This document shows positions 10,263 through 20,900 of a stretch of DNA of 64,000 nt, one piece after another; the first letter of the stretch is position 1, and each line of letters begins with the position of its first letter. The stretch is from [Clostridium] symbiosum (GTDB taxonomy: Bacteria > Bacillota > Clostridia > Lachnospirales > Lachnospiraceae), in assembly GCA_036419695.1 (NCBI GenBank), contig CP143946.1, positions 3,895,935 through 3,959,934 on the forward strand, given 5' to 3'. The notes under the pieces were generated by a model. The model did no database searches. It saw only the letters and a list, made by a program, of their open reading frames with translations, and was not told the DNA's origin. The position numbers and the translations under genes are program-made.

Positions 10263-11985
10263 GCCAATTCCTCCTCGCTTAACTGAGTTCTGGCAATCTG
10301 CTGATAAACATCGCAGCTGCGGAGCAGTTCCCCATGGTTTCCTATGCCTGCAATTCTGCCTTCATCCAGAACAATAATCTGATCCGCGTCCAAAATAGTG
10401 CTGATCCTCTGGGCTACGATAATCACAGCTGCATCCTTTATCTCCTTCTTCAGCGCCGTCCGCAGTTTCGCATCTGTCTTATAATCCAGGGCGGAAAAAC
10501 TGTCATCAAACAGATAAACCTCCGGCTTTTTTACAAGGGCTCTTGCTATGGCAAGCCGCTGTCTCTGGCCTCCGGAAAAGTTATTTCCCGCCTGCGAGAC
10601 AGGCGCGTAAATCCCCTCCGCCAGACTGTCTATCAGTCCGTCTATCTGGGCTGTCCCGGCAGCGCTCATCATCTCCTCCTCCGTTGCATCTTCCTTTCCC
10701 TGCCGGAGGTTATCCGCAATCGTACCGCTGAACAAAAAAGCCTTCTGGGGCACATAACCAACCTTCTTCCGCAGATCCCGTTTGGAAATCGTTCTGGTAT
10801 CCTGACCGTCCACCAGAACCTGTCCTTCCTGTACTTCATAAAAACCCATTATCAAATTTAGCACCGTTGATTTTCCGGAACCAGTGCCTCCGATGATGGC
10901 TGTAGTCTCTCCTGCATTCGCTTTAAAGCTGACATTGCGGAGCACCTTTTCCTCCGCCCCACAGTAGCCGAAGCTGACATTTCGAAACTCGATTCCCGCT
11001 GAATCGGCATACGGGTTCTCTTTTACAGTGCAGACAGCCGCTTCCGGCTCTGTCTCCAAAACCGCATTAATCCGATCCACACTGATTTTTGCTCTGGGTA
11101 TCATGACAAAAGCCATGATGCCCATAATAAGACCAGACAATATGAGCATACCATATTCAACAACCGCCATAATATCTCCGACCTGCACCCATCCGCCCGC
11201 CATACGCCATCCGCCCAGTGCAACAAGCAGCAGGGTACAAAGGTTCATAATCAGCGTGACCGCAGGCAGAAGAACCGAAAACATTTTATTAATGCGGATT
11301 GCCATAGTTCCGTATTCCTGAAACGTGTCATTAACCTGCTGTTTCTCATACTCCGCGCGATCAAAGGCCCGGATTACCCGGACTCCAATGATCGTTTCAC
11401 GCAGTTTCCGGTTTATGCCGTCCATCAGCGTCTGCAATTTTTCAAACAGAGGCATTACTTTTTTACTGATTGCCAACGACAGCAGAGTAATCACTCCCAT
11501 GACCGCTATGATTGCAGCGCCAGTACCCGGTCTTTTGAAAATGCCAGCACCAACCCCGTCACAGCCATAACCGGAGCGGGAAGCAGCATTTCAGTCAAAG
11601 CAGAGAAAGCCTGCTGAACCCGTATCACATCATTCGTATTTCTGGTAATCATGGAAGCTGTTCCAAACCGGTTGAACTCATCCACTGACAGACTCTGCAC
11701 CTTGCGAAACAGGGCATTGCGTATATCCCGGCCTATCAGAGCGCTGTTACAGGAGGAAAGATAAACGGCGCCCACTGCTATGACCGTCACCAAAACAGCT
11801 GCCAGAATCATTCTGCCGCCCGTCATCAGGACATAATTTAAGTCTCCTGTCAAAATTCCGTTATTAATAATATCTGCCGTCATGGTCGGGATTAAAAAGG
11901 TGCCCGCCACCTGCAGCAGCAAAAGAAAAAGCATTGCTGCAATCCGTGTTCTGTACGGCGTCAAAAACTGAAGCATTTTTCTCAT
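10259..11985 (-). pseudogene. ABC transporter ATP-binding protein/permease (partner subunit), split by a 1-nt frameshift near 11500-11510
   Basis: ORF 11506-11985 (N-terminal TMs) and 10259-11500 (TMs plus NBD with GGTGSGKST, LSGGQRQR, LFDDSFSALD). Reading ctg-gca instead of ctgcaa gives continuous ...RVLALAIIAVMGVITLL... Confidence 0.8.
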
Positions 11986-12581
11986 TCTACACTGTCTCCT
12001 GTGATAGCCCTTTCCTCTGTCCTTAAAAAGCCTGTTTTAATATGCCGCAGCCTCAAGGCAAAGTCTTTTCTTACCTTACAGATATCCGAAGCTCCCATCT
12101 GATACTCATGGACGGCCAGGTTTACAAGAGTGTGGCACAGCTCCTGAAGGGCCGCAAACTCATCCTTAGTCTGAAATCCCATATTCCGTCTGTCCACATG
12201 CCAAAACAGCCATTCCACATATTCGTGCGCCATATTGCGGCTGCACGAAAACATCACTAAATCCATCGGCATTCTTCCATTGTGCCGTAAAAAGTATTCC
12301 AGCCCATCCGTCAGCATGGCCCAGTAATCTCCACTATGCCCGATCAAACTTTTCTTGTTAAACTCGAAAAAGTCGCGCCATATCTGAACAACCGCAAACT
12401 GAAGCATATCCGTCTTTCCCATGAAATAAGTATACAGACTCCCCCTGGAAAGCTGTATCTGCTCAGCTATCCGGCTTACTTTTAAATCCCTATAACCATT
12501 GTTTTGAAAATCCCTTACAACTGCCCCGCTAATCTGGCGCCTTTTTTCTTCGGACAGATGAAAATAATGTTTTGTCGGCAT
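11982..12581 (-). CDS. TetR/AcrR family transcriptional regulator
   Basis: TetR HTH (RDLKVSRIAEQIQLSRGSLYTYF); overlaps downstream ABC gene by 4 bp. Confidence 0.85.
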   Translation of the reverse strand: MPTKHYFHLSEEKRRQISGAVVRDFQNNGYRDLKVSRIAEQIQLSRGSLYTYFMGKTDMLQFAVVQIWRDFFEFNKKSLIGHSGDYWAMLTDGLEYFLRHNGRMPMDLVMFSCSRNMAHEYVEWLFWHVDRRNMGFQTKDEFAALQELCHTLVNLAVHEYQMGASDICKVRKDFALRLRHIKTGFLRTEERAITGDSVE

Positions 12582-12615
12582 TCCTTCACCTTTCTGCAAA
12601 CTTCTATATCATTTT

Positions 12616-13953
12616 TTATGCATAGTGATATTTTTTCCGTTTTACCACAAGGAAAATGATTGTTACCGTCAAGGCCGCAAGTTCTGCCACTACGATTGCT
12701 GTCCATATGCCATCCACGCCAAACACAAAAGGCAGGATCAGAATACTTCCTATTTCAAAAACAAACGTCCTCAGAAACGAAATTACAGCAGACACCAGGC
12801 CGTCATTTAAAGCTGTAAAAAATGCTGATCCAAATGCACTAAAGCCACTGAAGAGGAAGGAGACGGAATAAATCTTGAATCCGTGAACTGTCAGTTTAAA
12901 CAACTCCTCATCATACCCGACAAACATTTTTGACAATGGAACCGCGCCAAGACGGGACAGGAGCACCATGGCAATGCCTGTTATTCCTATGATACCCAAA
13001 CTCTTCCTGAGCAGGTTTTTCAGCTCGGCCTGATTATCCGCGCCAAACTGATAACTGACGATCGGTGAGCAGCCTACCGCATAACCGTAGAAAATAGCTG
13101 AAAAGATAAATCCAAAATATGCGATAACGCCAAATGCCGCAACGCCATCTTCCCCGATTAAACGCATAAGCTGAAAGTTATACAGCATTGTAACTACAGA
13201 GGCTGCAAGGTTTCCCACCATCTCAGAAGAGCCATTGGTACAGGCTTTCCATAAGACTTTACCATCAATTCCTGTTTTCGGTGTAAGACGCAGCAGGCTT
13301 CCGTTCTTTCGTGTAAAATAAACCAGGGCAATACCAGCCCCAACTGCCTGGCTAAATGCTGTGGCAAAGGCCGCTCCGAAAAGTCCCCATTTAAAGACAA
13401 TAATAAATAATGCATCCAGTACGATATTCAAAACTCCTGATATAACGGTCACACCTAATCCCAAATTCGGTTTTTCAGCCATAACAAAAAAGTTCTGGAA
13501 TGAGTTCTGAAGCATAAAAAACGGTAAAGCTGCAAGAATACCCCGGCCATATAGGACGCAGTACTCCAGCATATCCCCGGACGCACCCAAGAAGGATGCC
13601 AGTGGACGCATGAAAACCAACCCTACCCCGGCAAAAACAATGCCTAAACCGATAACAACATAGATGAGCATGGAAAAATAGCGGTTCGCTTTATCCCTGT
13701 CACCTTCCCCCAATGTTTTACCAACAATAGCCGTGCCGCCCGCCCCAATCATAAACCCGAAGGAACCTAAAATTGTCAGGACAGGCATAACCATGTTGAT
13801 CGCTGCAAAGGGCGTTTTCCCAACAAAATTTGAAACAAACAGGCCGTCCACAATACTGTAAATTGAGGTAAACACCATCATAATAATAGATGGGAGAACA
13901 AACTGCAGCAGTTTTTTATAAGTGAAATGTTCTGATAATTGTATCTGCATCAA
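12616..13953 (-). CDS. MATE family efflux transporter
   Basis: 445 aa, 12 predicted TMs, MATE N-terminal consensus (LLQFVLPSIIMMVFTSIYSIVDGLFV). Confidence 0.85.
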   Translation of the reverse strand: MMQIQLSEHFTYKKLLQFVLPSIIMMVFTSIYSIVDGLFVSNFVGKTPFAAINMVMPVLTILGSFGFMIGAGGTAIVGKTLGEGDRDKANRYFSMLIYVVIGLGIVFAGVGLVFMRPLASFLGASGDMLEYCVLYGRGILAALPFFMLQNSFQNFFVMAEKPNLGLGVTVISGVLNIVLDALFIIVFKWGLFGAAFATAFSQAVGAGIALVYFTRKNGSLLRLTPKTGIDGKVLWKACTNGSSEMVGNLAASVVTMLYNFQLMRLIGEDGVAAFGVIAYFGFIFSAIFYGYAVGCSPIVSYQFGADNQAELKNLLRKSLGIIGITGIAMVLLSRLGAVPLSKMFVGYDEELFKLTVHGFKIYSVSFLFSGFSAFGSAFFTALNDGLVSAVISFLRTFVFEIGSILILPFVFGVDGIWTAIVVAELAALTVTIIFLVVKRKKYHYA

Positions 13954-14185
13954 TTCTTATATCCTTTCAAATTCTTAATTTCTATTCACAATAAAATGCC
14001 ATTAGCCCCCTTTTGTTTCTTTATTCGCCCTTTATTTCCAATGTCTGCGCCGAATAATATATCGCCTGGGAAAATCAGTCTTACAGATTATTAGAAACAC
14101 CGCCATCGCAATGGCTGTTGTCATTGTCACGAATAACATCTTATTTCTTTTCATTCGCTTCTCCTCGCTTCATCTGCAAAGAAAG

Positions 14186-14641
14186 TCAGTCCGCCTTTCC
14201 TTCCATTATCTTTTCGAATGCATTCTTTAAATTAGCTGTGAATAGTTCAAGATCAGATATAAATGATGGACTGCATTTGCTCATCGTCTCTTTGAGCACA
14301 TTTTCCTCCGCTTCATATACATCTTTCAAAGCCTCACGTGTATACAAAATTCCGGCCTCTGTCAAGCAAATCTGCAATTCCCGCTTGCGTCCCGGGATAC
14401 TTTGTAATGTAATGTAACCAGCTGCCTCACACTCTTTGATTAAAGTATTTACAGTTGCCCTCGGGAGCCCCCAGTCATCACAGATCTGTTTTTGGGAATG
14501 AAACTCGCCGTCATCCAACGAATATAAAAGCCAGAACAGATTCTCTTTTACTCCGGCAGTCTTTGACAGTAAATAATAGGCTCCATCAATTTCACAAATT
14601 GCATTTGCAATTCTTCGTATATTTTTTCTGTTGCCGTCCAT
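14186..14641 (-). CDS. MarR-like winged-helix transcriptional regulator
   Basis: 151 aa; wHTH (ICDDWGLPRATVNTLIKECEAAGYI); AGGAGGG RBS. Confidence 0.75.
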   Translation of the reverse strand: MDGNRKNIRRIANAICEIDGAYYLLSKTAGVKENLFWLLYSLDDGEFHSQKQICDDWGLPRATVNTLIKECEAAGYITLQSIPGRKRELQICLTEAGILYTREALKDVYEAEENVLKETMSKCSPSFISDLELFTANLKNAFEKIMEGKAD

Positions 14642-14671
14642 GATTAAACCCTCCTGTTTTTAATTTACATT

Positions 14672-15289
14672 TTATCGTTTCAGTTTAAACCAAAACCGGG
14701 CATACTCCACCATTTGTGGTGCCAGCGCTTTAATCTGTATTCCTGCAGTATTCACACATAGATGGAAATTCTCCCTCTTGCCCCATTCTGATGAAGTGAT
14801 CAATGCATACCGCCTGGCCCTGTTCAAGTCTATTTTAGCAATTTCCCTCCTCATTTCCCTGTCTGTCAGATATTCTCCTTCTGGCCTTCTCTCCTGACAG
14901 CGTTTTATTTTAGACTCCATATCCCCATAGACAAACAGCTTCATCGGATTATACTCATTCAGTATGCCGTCTGCTCCCTGTCCCATAACCACGCAGTCCC
15001 CCTGTTCCGCCAGCCTTTTTATCTCTCTCTGTTGGGAAATCAGAATGTTAATTTCGTTCTGGTGCGCATAAGATGGATAGGAAAGTGTACAGCCAATCGT
15101 AATCGGATAAGCCATAAACAGAGGCCTCTCCATCATTTTTTCAACATACGCTTCATCCAGCCTGTTCTCCTTTGCTATTGCGGCAATAATTTCCCTGTCA
15201 TAATACGCACACCCAAGCAGATCTGCCATCCGCTTTCCCAACTCCCGGCCACCACTTCCAAATTCCCGGCTAATCGTAATAATCCTCAT
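14672..15289 (-). CDS. cytidylate kinase-like family protein
   Basis: Start at MRIITISREFGSGG (AGGAAG RBS); P-loop-like motif typical of the CMP-kinase-like family. Confidence 0.7.
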   Translation of the reverse strand: MRIITISREFGSGGRELGKRMADLLGCAYYDREIIAAIAKENRLDEAYVEKMMERPLFMAYPITIGCTLSYPSYAHQNEINILISQQREIKRLAEQGDCVVMGQGADGILNEYNPMKLFVYGDMESKIKRCQERRPEGEYLTDREMRREIAKIDLNRARRYALITSSEWGKRENFHLCVNTAGIQIKALAPQMVEYARFWFKLKR

Positions 15290-15320
15290 ATATCTCTTCC
15301 TTTCATTGAAACTATGCTTT

Positions 15321-15363
15321 ATAATCCGAAACCGGATTTCAACAGTATAATCCGATTTCGGAT
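15321..15363. promoter_or_regulatory. two tandem palindromic sites (TATAATCCGAAACCGGATTT / TATAATCCGATTTCGGATTT) in divergent promoter region
   Basis: Second copy is a perfect 7-bp IR AATCCGA-TT-TCGGATT; copies are 25 bp apart, between the cytidylate-kinase-like gene and response regulator 1. Confidence 0.5.
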
Positions 15364-15487
15364 TTTTGTCAATACCATTTTTTTCTGTTGTAACATCCCA
15401 TCCTGGCAGGGAATCCAAAAGTTAAGAAAAATTTCAGACATCCAAATCCTGAACCATGTATAATAAAATGCAAAGGAGGATTCAGTC

Positions 15488-16192
15488 ATGGTTGATGGAA
15501 GTATTTTAATGATTGAGGATGATGCGGATATACGTGAAGGTGTACGGGTACTGCTGGAAAGTGAGGGGTATTCCGTCACAGAAGCCGAATCCGGAAATCA
15601 GGGTTTATGTATGTTAAATAGTGAGACCGATCTGGTAATACTGGATATCATGATGCCTGGCATCTCTGGAATCCGGACCTGCAAAGAAATACGAAAGGTG
15701 TCGAATGTTCCCATTCTTTTTCTGACTGCAAAGGCCCAGGAGTCCGATAAGCTGCTGGGACTCATGGCCGGCGGGGATGATTATCTCCCGAAACCATTTT
15801 CCTATGCTGAACTTTTGGGACGGGTGAAAGCACTGCTGAGACGGTATCAGGTCTACCAGGGGAAAAACACGTCTCATCCCCCTCAAAACGGGCTTTGGCT
15901 GGAGAGAAAGGGGATTCGTGTCTCCACTACCGGCAATAACGTACAGATTGATGGGGCTGAAGTCGAATTATCCGAGATAGAATATCAGATACTGCGTTTA
16001 TTGATACAATATCCAGATAAAATCTTTACAACTCAGAATCTCTACGAGAGTGTGTGGAACGAGCCGTTCTTTTACACTTCTAACAACACAGTGATGGTCC
16101 ACATCCGTAAGCTTCGCCGGAAAATAGAGAAAAACCCACAGCATCCGGAACGGATCTGCACTGTATGGGGAAAGGGGTATCGAATTGGGTAA
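15488..16192 (+). CDS. OmpR-family response regulator (TCS-1)
   Basis: REC (LMIEDDADIREG...LDIMMPGISG...K) plus winged-helix (VMVHIRKLRRKIE...TVWGKGYRIG); GGAGGA RBS. Confidence 0.92.
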   Translation: MVDGSILMIEDDADIREGVRVLLESEGYSVTEAESGNQGLCMLNSETDLVILDIMMPGISGIRTCKEIRKVSNVPILFLTAKAQESDKLLGLMAGGDDYLPKPFSYAELLGRVKALLRRYQVYQGKNTSHPPQNGLWLERKGIRVSTTGNNVQIDGAEVELSEIEYQILRLLIQYPDKIFTTQNLYESVWNEPFFYTSNNTVMVHIRKLRRKIEKNPQHPERICTVWGKGYRIG

Positions 16193-17588
16193 AATTTTCA
16201 CCGCGATTGAACAAGCGGTAAAAAAACATACTGAGAGTCTGGTTGGCAAACTGGTTTTCCTTTTATTTGCAGGAATGATGGCCGGTTTCTTCTTTTTCGG
16301 TGCCCTTCATATGACGCTGAATGCCGGGCTGGCTTATTACTTTAATAATTCCTCTTATTTAAGGCGCAGGGAGGCCAGGGCTGTTCAGGAACTGCAAAAT
16401 TATATTACCCAAAAGGAACTTACCCCTTATGACAGTCAGGAATTGTCTAAATGGGTAAAGGACGAAACTGTCGTATATCTGGAAATTTACCGGAACAACC
16501 GGCTTTTATATGCTTCTGAAAACTGGGATGACACAATATTGTACGAAACTGACACCGGTTCTTATAAAAATAAATACCACTCCCTGTCTTTTTCTGACGG
16601 GGACGCAGATATCTTTTTGTTAGGCATGTATGAATACCAGTTTTATACCTATGCGCTGATAGCAGAACTATTGTCCGGTTTTTTTGTATCTCTCCTTGTT
16701 TTTATAAACGGCATCCGGCGTGGAATCCAATACATCCAGGATTTAAGGGCTGAAATTGCCATTATGGAAGGCGGTTGTCTTGAACGCATGATTCCTGTAA
16801 AAGGAAGAGACGAACTTGCGGAACTTGCCGGTGGGCTTGAGCAGCTTCGCTGCTCCCTGAAAGAAAATATAGAGAATGAAACTGCCTTAAAACAGGCCAA
16901 CCAAAAACTGACCACAGGCATCGCCCATGATCTCCGGACACCGCTTACTGCTCTGACGATGTATGTGCAGATCCTCCAGTCCGGCGTCTGCAAGAAGGAG
17001 GAGAAAAAACAGTATTATCTGGACAAAATCATGTCAAAAGCTGTGCAGATGAAAGTTCTTTCCGACAGACTGTTTGAGCACAGCCAGATGAAAGACAGGA
17101 AAGAAGGAAGGGAGCAGGAAGAAATCCTTACCTTGCAGGAGGCTTTCATGGATCACCTTTCAGAGATAGCAATGCTCCTGGAAAATCGCGGTTTTCAAAT
17201 CCGCTCGGATTTGAGCTGGCAATCAGTTCCTGTCATTGTACGCATGGACTATCTTGCAAGGATTATGGATAACATCTGCTCCAACCTGATTAAATATGCA
17301 GATCCAGGGAAATCCGTCACCTTCCGAATCGTATGTGACGATTCTATGGCAGGACTGGAAATCACGAACCAAATTAAACGGCAAAATGCTCAGGTTGAAA
17401 GCACCCGGGTGGGAATGGATAATATCAGGCACATGATGAAACAAATGAATGGAATCTGTCAGGTGGGTATGGATCAGGAATCCTACAGGATAAGGATTCT
17501 ATTCCCTTGCCCTTCTCTCAATCATTCCGAATCGCAGCCAGCGGACTCAGCTTCATCGCCCTCAATGCAGGAAAAAAGCCGGCAGTAA
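16185..17588 (+). CDS. sensor histidine kinase (TCS-1), TTG start
   Basis: 2 TMs, HAMP-like, HisKA (GIAHDLRTPLTALTMYVQIL), HATPase; 8-bp overlap with RR gene. Confidence 0.9.
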   Translation: MGKIFTAIEQAVKKHTESLVGKLVFLLFAGMMAGFFFFGALHMTLNAGLAYYFNNSSYLRRREARAVQELQNYITQKELTPYDSQELSKWVKDETVVYLEIYRNNRLLYASENWDDTILYETDTGSYKNKYHSLSFSDGDADIFLLGMYEYQFYTYALIAELLSGFFVSLLVFINGIRRGIQYIQDLRAEIAIMEGGCLERMIPVKGRDELAELAGGLEQLRCSLKENIENETALKQANQKLTTGIAHDLRTPLTALTMYVQILQSGVCKKEEKKQYYLDKIMSKAVQMKVLSDRLFEHSQMKDRKEGREQEEILTLQEAFMDHLSEIAMLLENRGFQIRSDLSWQSVPVIVRMDYLARIMDNICSNLIKYADPGKSVTFRIVCDDSMAGLEITNQIKRQNAQVESTRVGMDNIRHMMKQMNGICQVGMDQESYRIRILFPCPSLNHSESQPADSASSPSMQEKSRQ

Positions 17589-18852
17589 CCCCCACCATCA
17601 CGGAAAAGGCAATGGCGGCCAGCGACAGCCATCCCGGAATGCGTGGGATAGTTCCTCCCATCCCGATTCCAGCTGCCTCCAGTTTCAGAAAATGGTTTAT
17701 CGAGTAAGATGCCCCGTAACTTAGCATAACTCCGGTGAAACCGCCGAGCAATCCTATAAAAGCAGATTCTATGAGAAACATATTCCGTATTGCGCCCATA
17801 TCACATCCCAGAACCTTCAGAACGCCGATTTCTTTCGTGCGCTCATAAATGGACATCATCATGGTATTGGCAATTCCAATGGCGGCCACAAATAAAGAGA
17901 CTGCCCCAATTCCACCCAAAACAGCCTGTATCATCCCCGACTGCTTTTCCGACTGTTCCAGCCACTAGATATTGCTGACAGCCTGATATCCCGATTTCTT
18001 AAGCAGAGTCTGTACCTCTTTTACGTGTTTCACATCGTCCACATTGACCTCTATGGTATCATAGACAAAATAGGGAAGCGGTTTTCCTCTCTTCGTTGTG
18101 GGCTGCCCCGGAATTGCCTTTTTCCTAAATATCCGCTTTAGATGTGCCTGCAGATTTTCTATATCTGCATACACGGAATATGCATAATTCATGTTTCTAC
18201 TTCTCGTCTCATCCACAATTCCATTCGATTTGAGCAGATATTTTTTAGGCGGCTTTTTCGTGTTGTCTGCCCGGGCGTCAAAGTAGGCATCCATATCAAA
18301 GGTAACGAACATGGGCTCCTTCTCTAAATCCACGTCCGGAAGCTGATTGGTATCAAAAAAATCTTTTCCTGTCTTTCGGTTGGAAAAATCTCTGATTACA
18401 TCACTTCCATAAATTAAACGCAGTTCGTTTTTATCCGTCCTGCCTGCCGGTTTTCCCCTGACCGGTATTTTATCCAGGTACTCTCTGGGCGCGCCTTCTA
18501 ACTGTATACCGACAGCTTCGTACAGTCCCTGCCGCAGTATAACCTGCAGCTGTAGAAACGGATAAACAGTTACTACGTTTTTAATTTTCAAAAATTCCTT
18601 TACCGTCTCAATGGTAAGATGTTTCGGTTTTTTTCTGTCAGACTGGCCATACATCTCTGAAACCTGTATCCTGGTCAAACTCCCCGATGACTCAATCAAC
18701 TCACGGTTCTGTTCTTTCAGCCCGATTCCCAGGGAAACCATAACAACAATGGCGGCTGTCCCGATCACAACTCCTAAAACCGTTAAAAAGGTACGCAGCC
18801 GCCTTTGTCTCAGATTGTTAATACTCATGGTAAATAAGTCAATAATCCTCAT
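17518..18852 (-). pseudogene. ABC transporter permease, FtsX/MacB-like, interrupted by in-frame TAG at 17965-17967
   Basis: N-terminal TM, extracytoplasmic domain, C-terminal FtsX 3-TM domain (GIANTMMMSIYERTKEIGVLKVLG) in one frame with ...SNI*WLEQSEKQSGMIQAV... at the junction; no adjacent ATPase gene. Confidence 0.8.
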
Positions 18853-18872
18853 TCTGAGTCGCTCCTTACATA

Positions 18873-19694
18873 CTAATCCGCCATCGCAATTTTCTCTCCC
18901 AGCCGAACCTCCGCTTCCCCTGTCATGGAAATCGCCCATTTCAGAGAATCCGGATTAATGCGGCCTTCTTCTACCAAAAGTACGATTGTGGATCCACCAA
19001 ATTCAAAGTACCCTTTTTCCTGGCCTCGTTTTACATAACATCCCGGATTTCTATTTTGAATTCGTCCCACCAGCAATGCCCCTACTTCCATCTGAACCAT
19101 TCTTCCAAAGTTCACTGAATCCATTACGGTGTATTCTCTACTGTTCTGTATATAGACAGGATATCGTTCACTGGCTATGGGACGAATGCAGTGGAGGATT
19201 CCCTTTATTTTTCTTCGCTCTGTAATGGTTCCATGATCAACATAACAATAATGGTGGTAATCAGAAGGGCGGAGCCGGAACACCATGCAAAATCCATCTT
19301 TAAAATGATTAGCCAGGTGTATATCACCCAATAACTCCTTCACTTTATAACTGCTGTGTTTAAGGCAGATACTGCCGGACTCATTTATCTTATATATTGT
19401 TAATAACCCATCACATGGGCTGATCAGGTGCCTGTTCGTCACATCTATTTGACGTCTGCCGGATCGTAGTTTCCGAATAAAAAAATCATTAAAAGACAAA
19501 TAATTTTTTCTCTTATATTCCTCCATAGGAATTTTATTCCTTCTCACAAATCCTGAAATCATCCACCGTGAATACGGGCTTTCCAAAAATTTACCAGCTG
19601 CCCTTGAAACCCATGGCAATGTTAACCCCTTTAGAATTATGCGTCCAGGCAGTGTGCGGTAGAGAAACCGTATTGCAATGCTCTCCTTGTTCAT
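18873..19694 (-). CDS. psd: phosphatidylserine decarboxylase
   Basis: 273 aa; PSD family including the C-terminal FGGST-type self-cleavage region (FEFGGSTIVLL). Confidence 0.88.
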   Translation of the reverse strand: MNKESIAIRFLYRTLPGRIILKGLTLPWVSRAAGKFLESPYSRWMISGFVRRNKIPMEEYKRKNYLSFNDFFIRKLRSGRRQIDVTNRHLISPCDGLLTIYKINESGSICLKHSSYKVKELLGDIHLANHFKDGFCMVFRLRPSDYHHYCYVDHGTITERRKIKGILHCIRPIASERYPVYIQNSREYTVMDSVNFGRMVQMEVGALLVGRIQNRNPGCYVKRGQEKGYFEFGGSTIVLLVEEGRINPDSLKWAISMTGEAEVRLGEKIAMAD

Positions 19695-19700
19695 CTCATA

Positions 19701-20309
19701 TCACTCCCCTGCCAACAATAAAAATCCAGCCACCCCAAGGATAGCAAGACAGGTTTTTCCTAATGACTGAGGTTTTCTGACCTTAACAGGAAGCAGAAAC
19801 AGAATTGACATAACAAGAAGGCTGAGCCTTCCTGTCATGCCTCCACTTCCTCCGCTATACGCTTGCAGCGCATACGCCACCGGCAAAATAATTGCCGATG
19901 ATGTGACCGGCAGCCCCAAATAGTATGTTCTGGATTCGTTGGTCTGTTCCTGGCGTTCTTCTTCCATCACATTAAAAAAAGCAAGACGGATTAATGCACA
20001 TAATACATAAAAGGAAGCAATAATGATACTCCATATATCCTGATTGCCACAATAGAGAATCATTCCAGGAAGCACTCCGAAGCTGATTAAATCACTTAGA
20101 GAGTCGATTTGAATCCCAAACCGCTTTTCTGCCGGTGTCCGTTCCCTGGTTCTGGCAACCGCCCCATCGAACATGTCGCAGAGCCCTGCAATCACAAGGC
20201 AGATTAGGGACATCCTTTCTCTGCTGTTGCACGTTGCCACTATCCCGGAGAATGCCGTCAGCATCCCGGCATAAGTCAATATAACCGTATAATTATAAAA
20301 TCCCAGCAT
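19701..20309 (-). CDS. pssA: CDP-diacylglycerol--serine O-phosphatidyltransferase
   Basis: CDP-alcohol phosphatidyltransferase motif DMFDGAVAR...GIQIDSLSDLISFG; multiple TMs; directly upstream of psd. Confidence 0.85.
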   Translation of the reverse strand: MLGFYNYTVILTYAGMLTAFSGIVATCNSRERMSLICLVIAGLCDMFDGAVARTRERTPAEKRFGIQIDSLSDLISFGVLPGMILYCGNQDIWSIIIASFYVLCALIRLAFFNVMEEERQEQTNESRTYYLGLPVTSSAIILPVAYALQAYSGGSGGMTGRLSLLVMSILFLLPVKVRKPQSLGKTCLAILGVAGFLLLAGE

Positions 20310-20324
20310 AATTTCATCATCCTT

Positions 20325-20900
20325 TCACCCTCTGGTTGTTCCAAATAAAATACTGTAGAACAGAATACACCATGGTTTTCCCAGTAGGATAATCCATAGA
20401 AATTTCTTAAATGACAGTTTCATAAGTCCCGAAAAGTAACAAAGAAAATCATCTGGAGCCAGGGGCAAAAGAATGCAAAGGAAGAGGATCAATGTATAGC
20501 TTTTCGCCTCCTGAACCCGCATAATCCAACCCCTGTACTTTTCTTTTGGAAAGATTGATTCGACCAATGGTGCTCCAAATCGTCTGGCTAAAAGAAATGC
20601 TATCAGGGAACCAATGCTGATTCCGATATAATTGCACCAGAATCCGCCCGCCGCCCCAAACATGGCACTGCCCACAACACAACCCAGAAAGCCGGGCAAT
20701 ATGGGAACCACCACCTGGAATGCCTGGATTACAATTAAAATCAAAGGTGCGATTATTCCAAAGCCCTGTATGTATTTCTGCAGGGTTTCCACCGAATGAA
20801 ACTGCCCGTCAATCCCCGCTTTCACCATAAAGGCCGCGCAAAATAAAATCGCTGTAAGTCCCAGCCACATGCTGTATTTGTATCCTTTATTCTTTGTCAA
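20325..20900 (-). CDS. TVP38/TMEM64 (DedA-like) family membrane protein
   Basis: 191 aa, 4-5 TMs, DedA/SNARE-associated pattern; sits where B. subtilis has ybfM in the pssA-ybfM-psd operon. Confidence 0.75.
   Translation of the reverse strand: MTKNKGYKYSMWLGLTAILFCAAFMVKAGIDGQFHSVETLQKYIQGFGIIAPLILIVIQAFQVVVPILPGFLGCVVGSAMFGAAGGFWCNYIGISIGSLIAFLLARRFGAPLVESIFPKEKYRGWIMRVQEAKSYTLILFLCILLPLAPDDFLCYFSGLMKLSFKKFLWIILLGKPWCILFYSILFGTTRG

Noticed and set aside
17965-17967. UAG as pyrrolysine/readthrough codon in the FtsX permease
   Set aside because: No pyl genes are visible. Other genes here use TAG as an ordinary stop (ABC exporter ORF 9021-10262 ends in TAG), so a nonsense lesion or error is more parsimonious.
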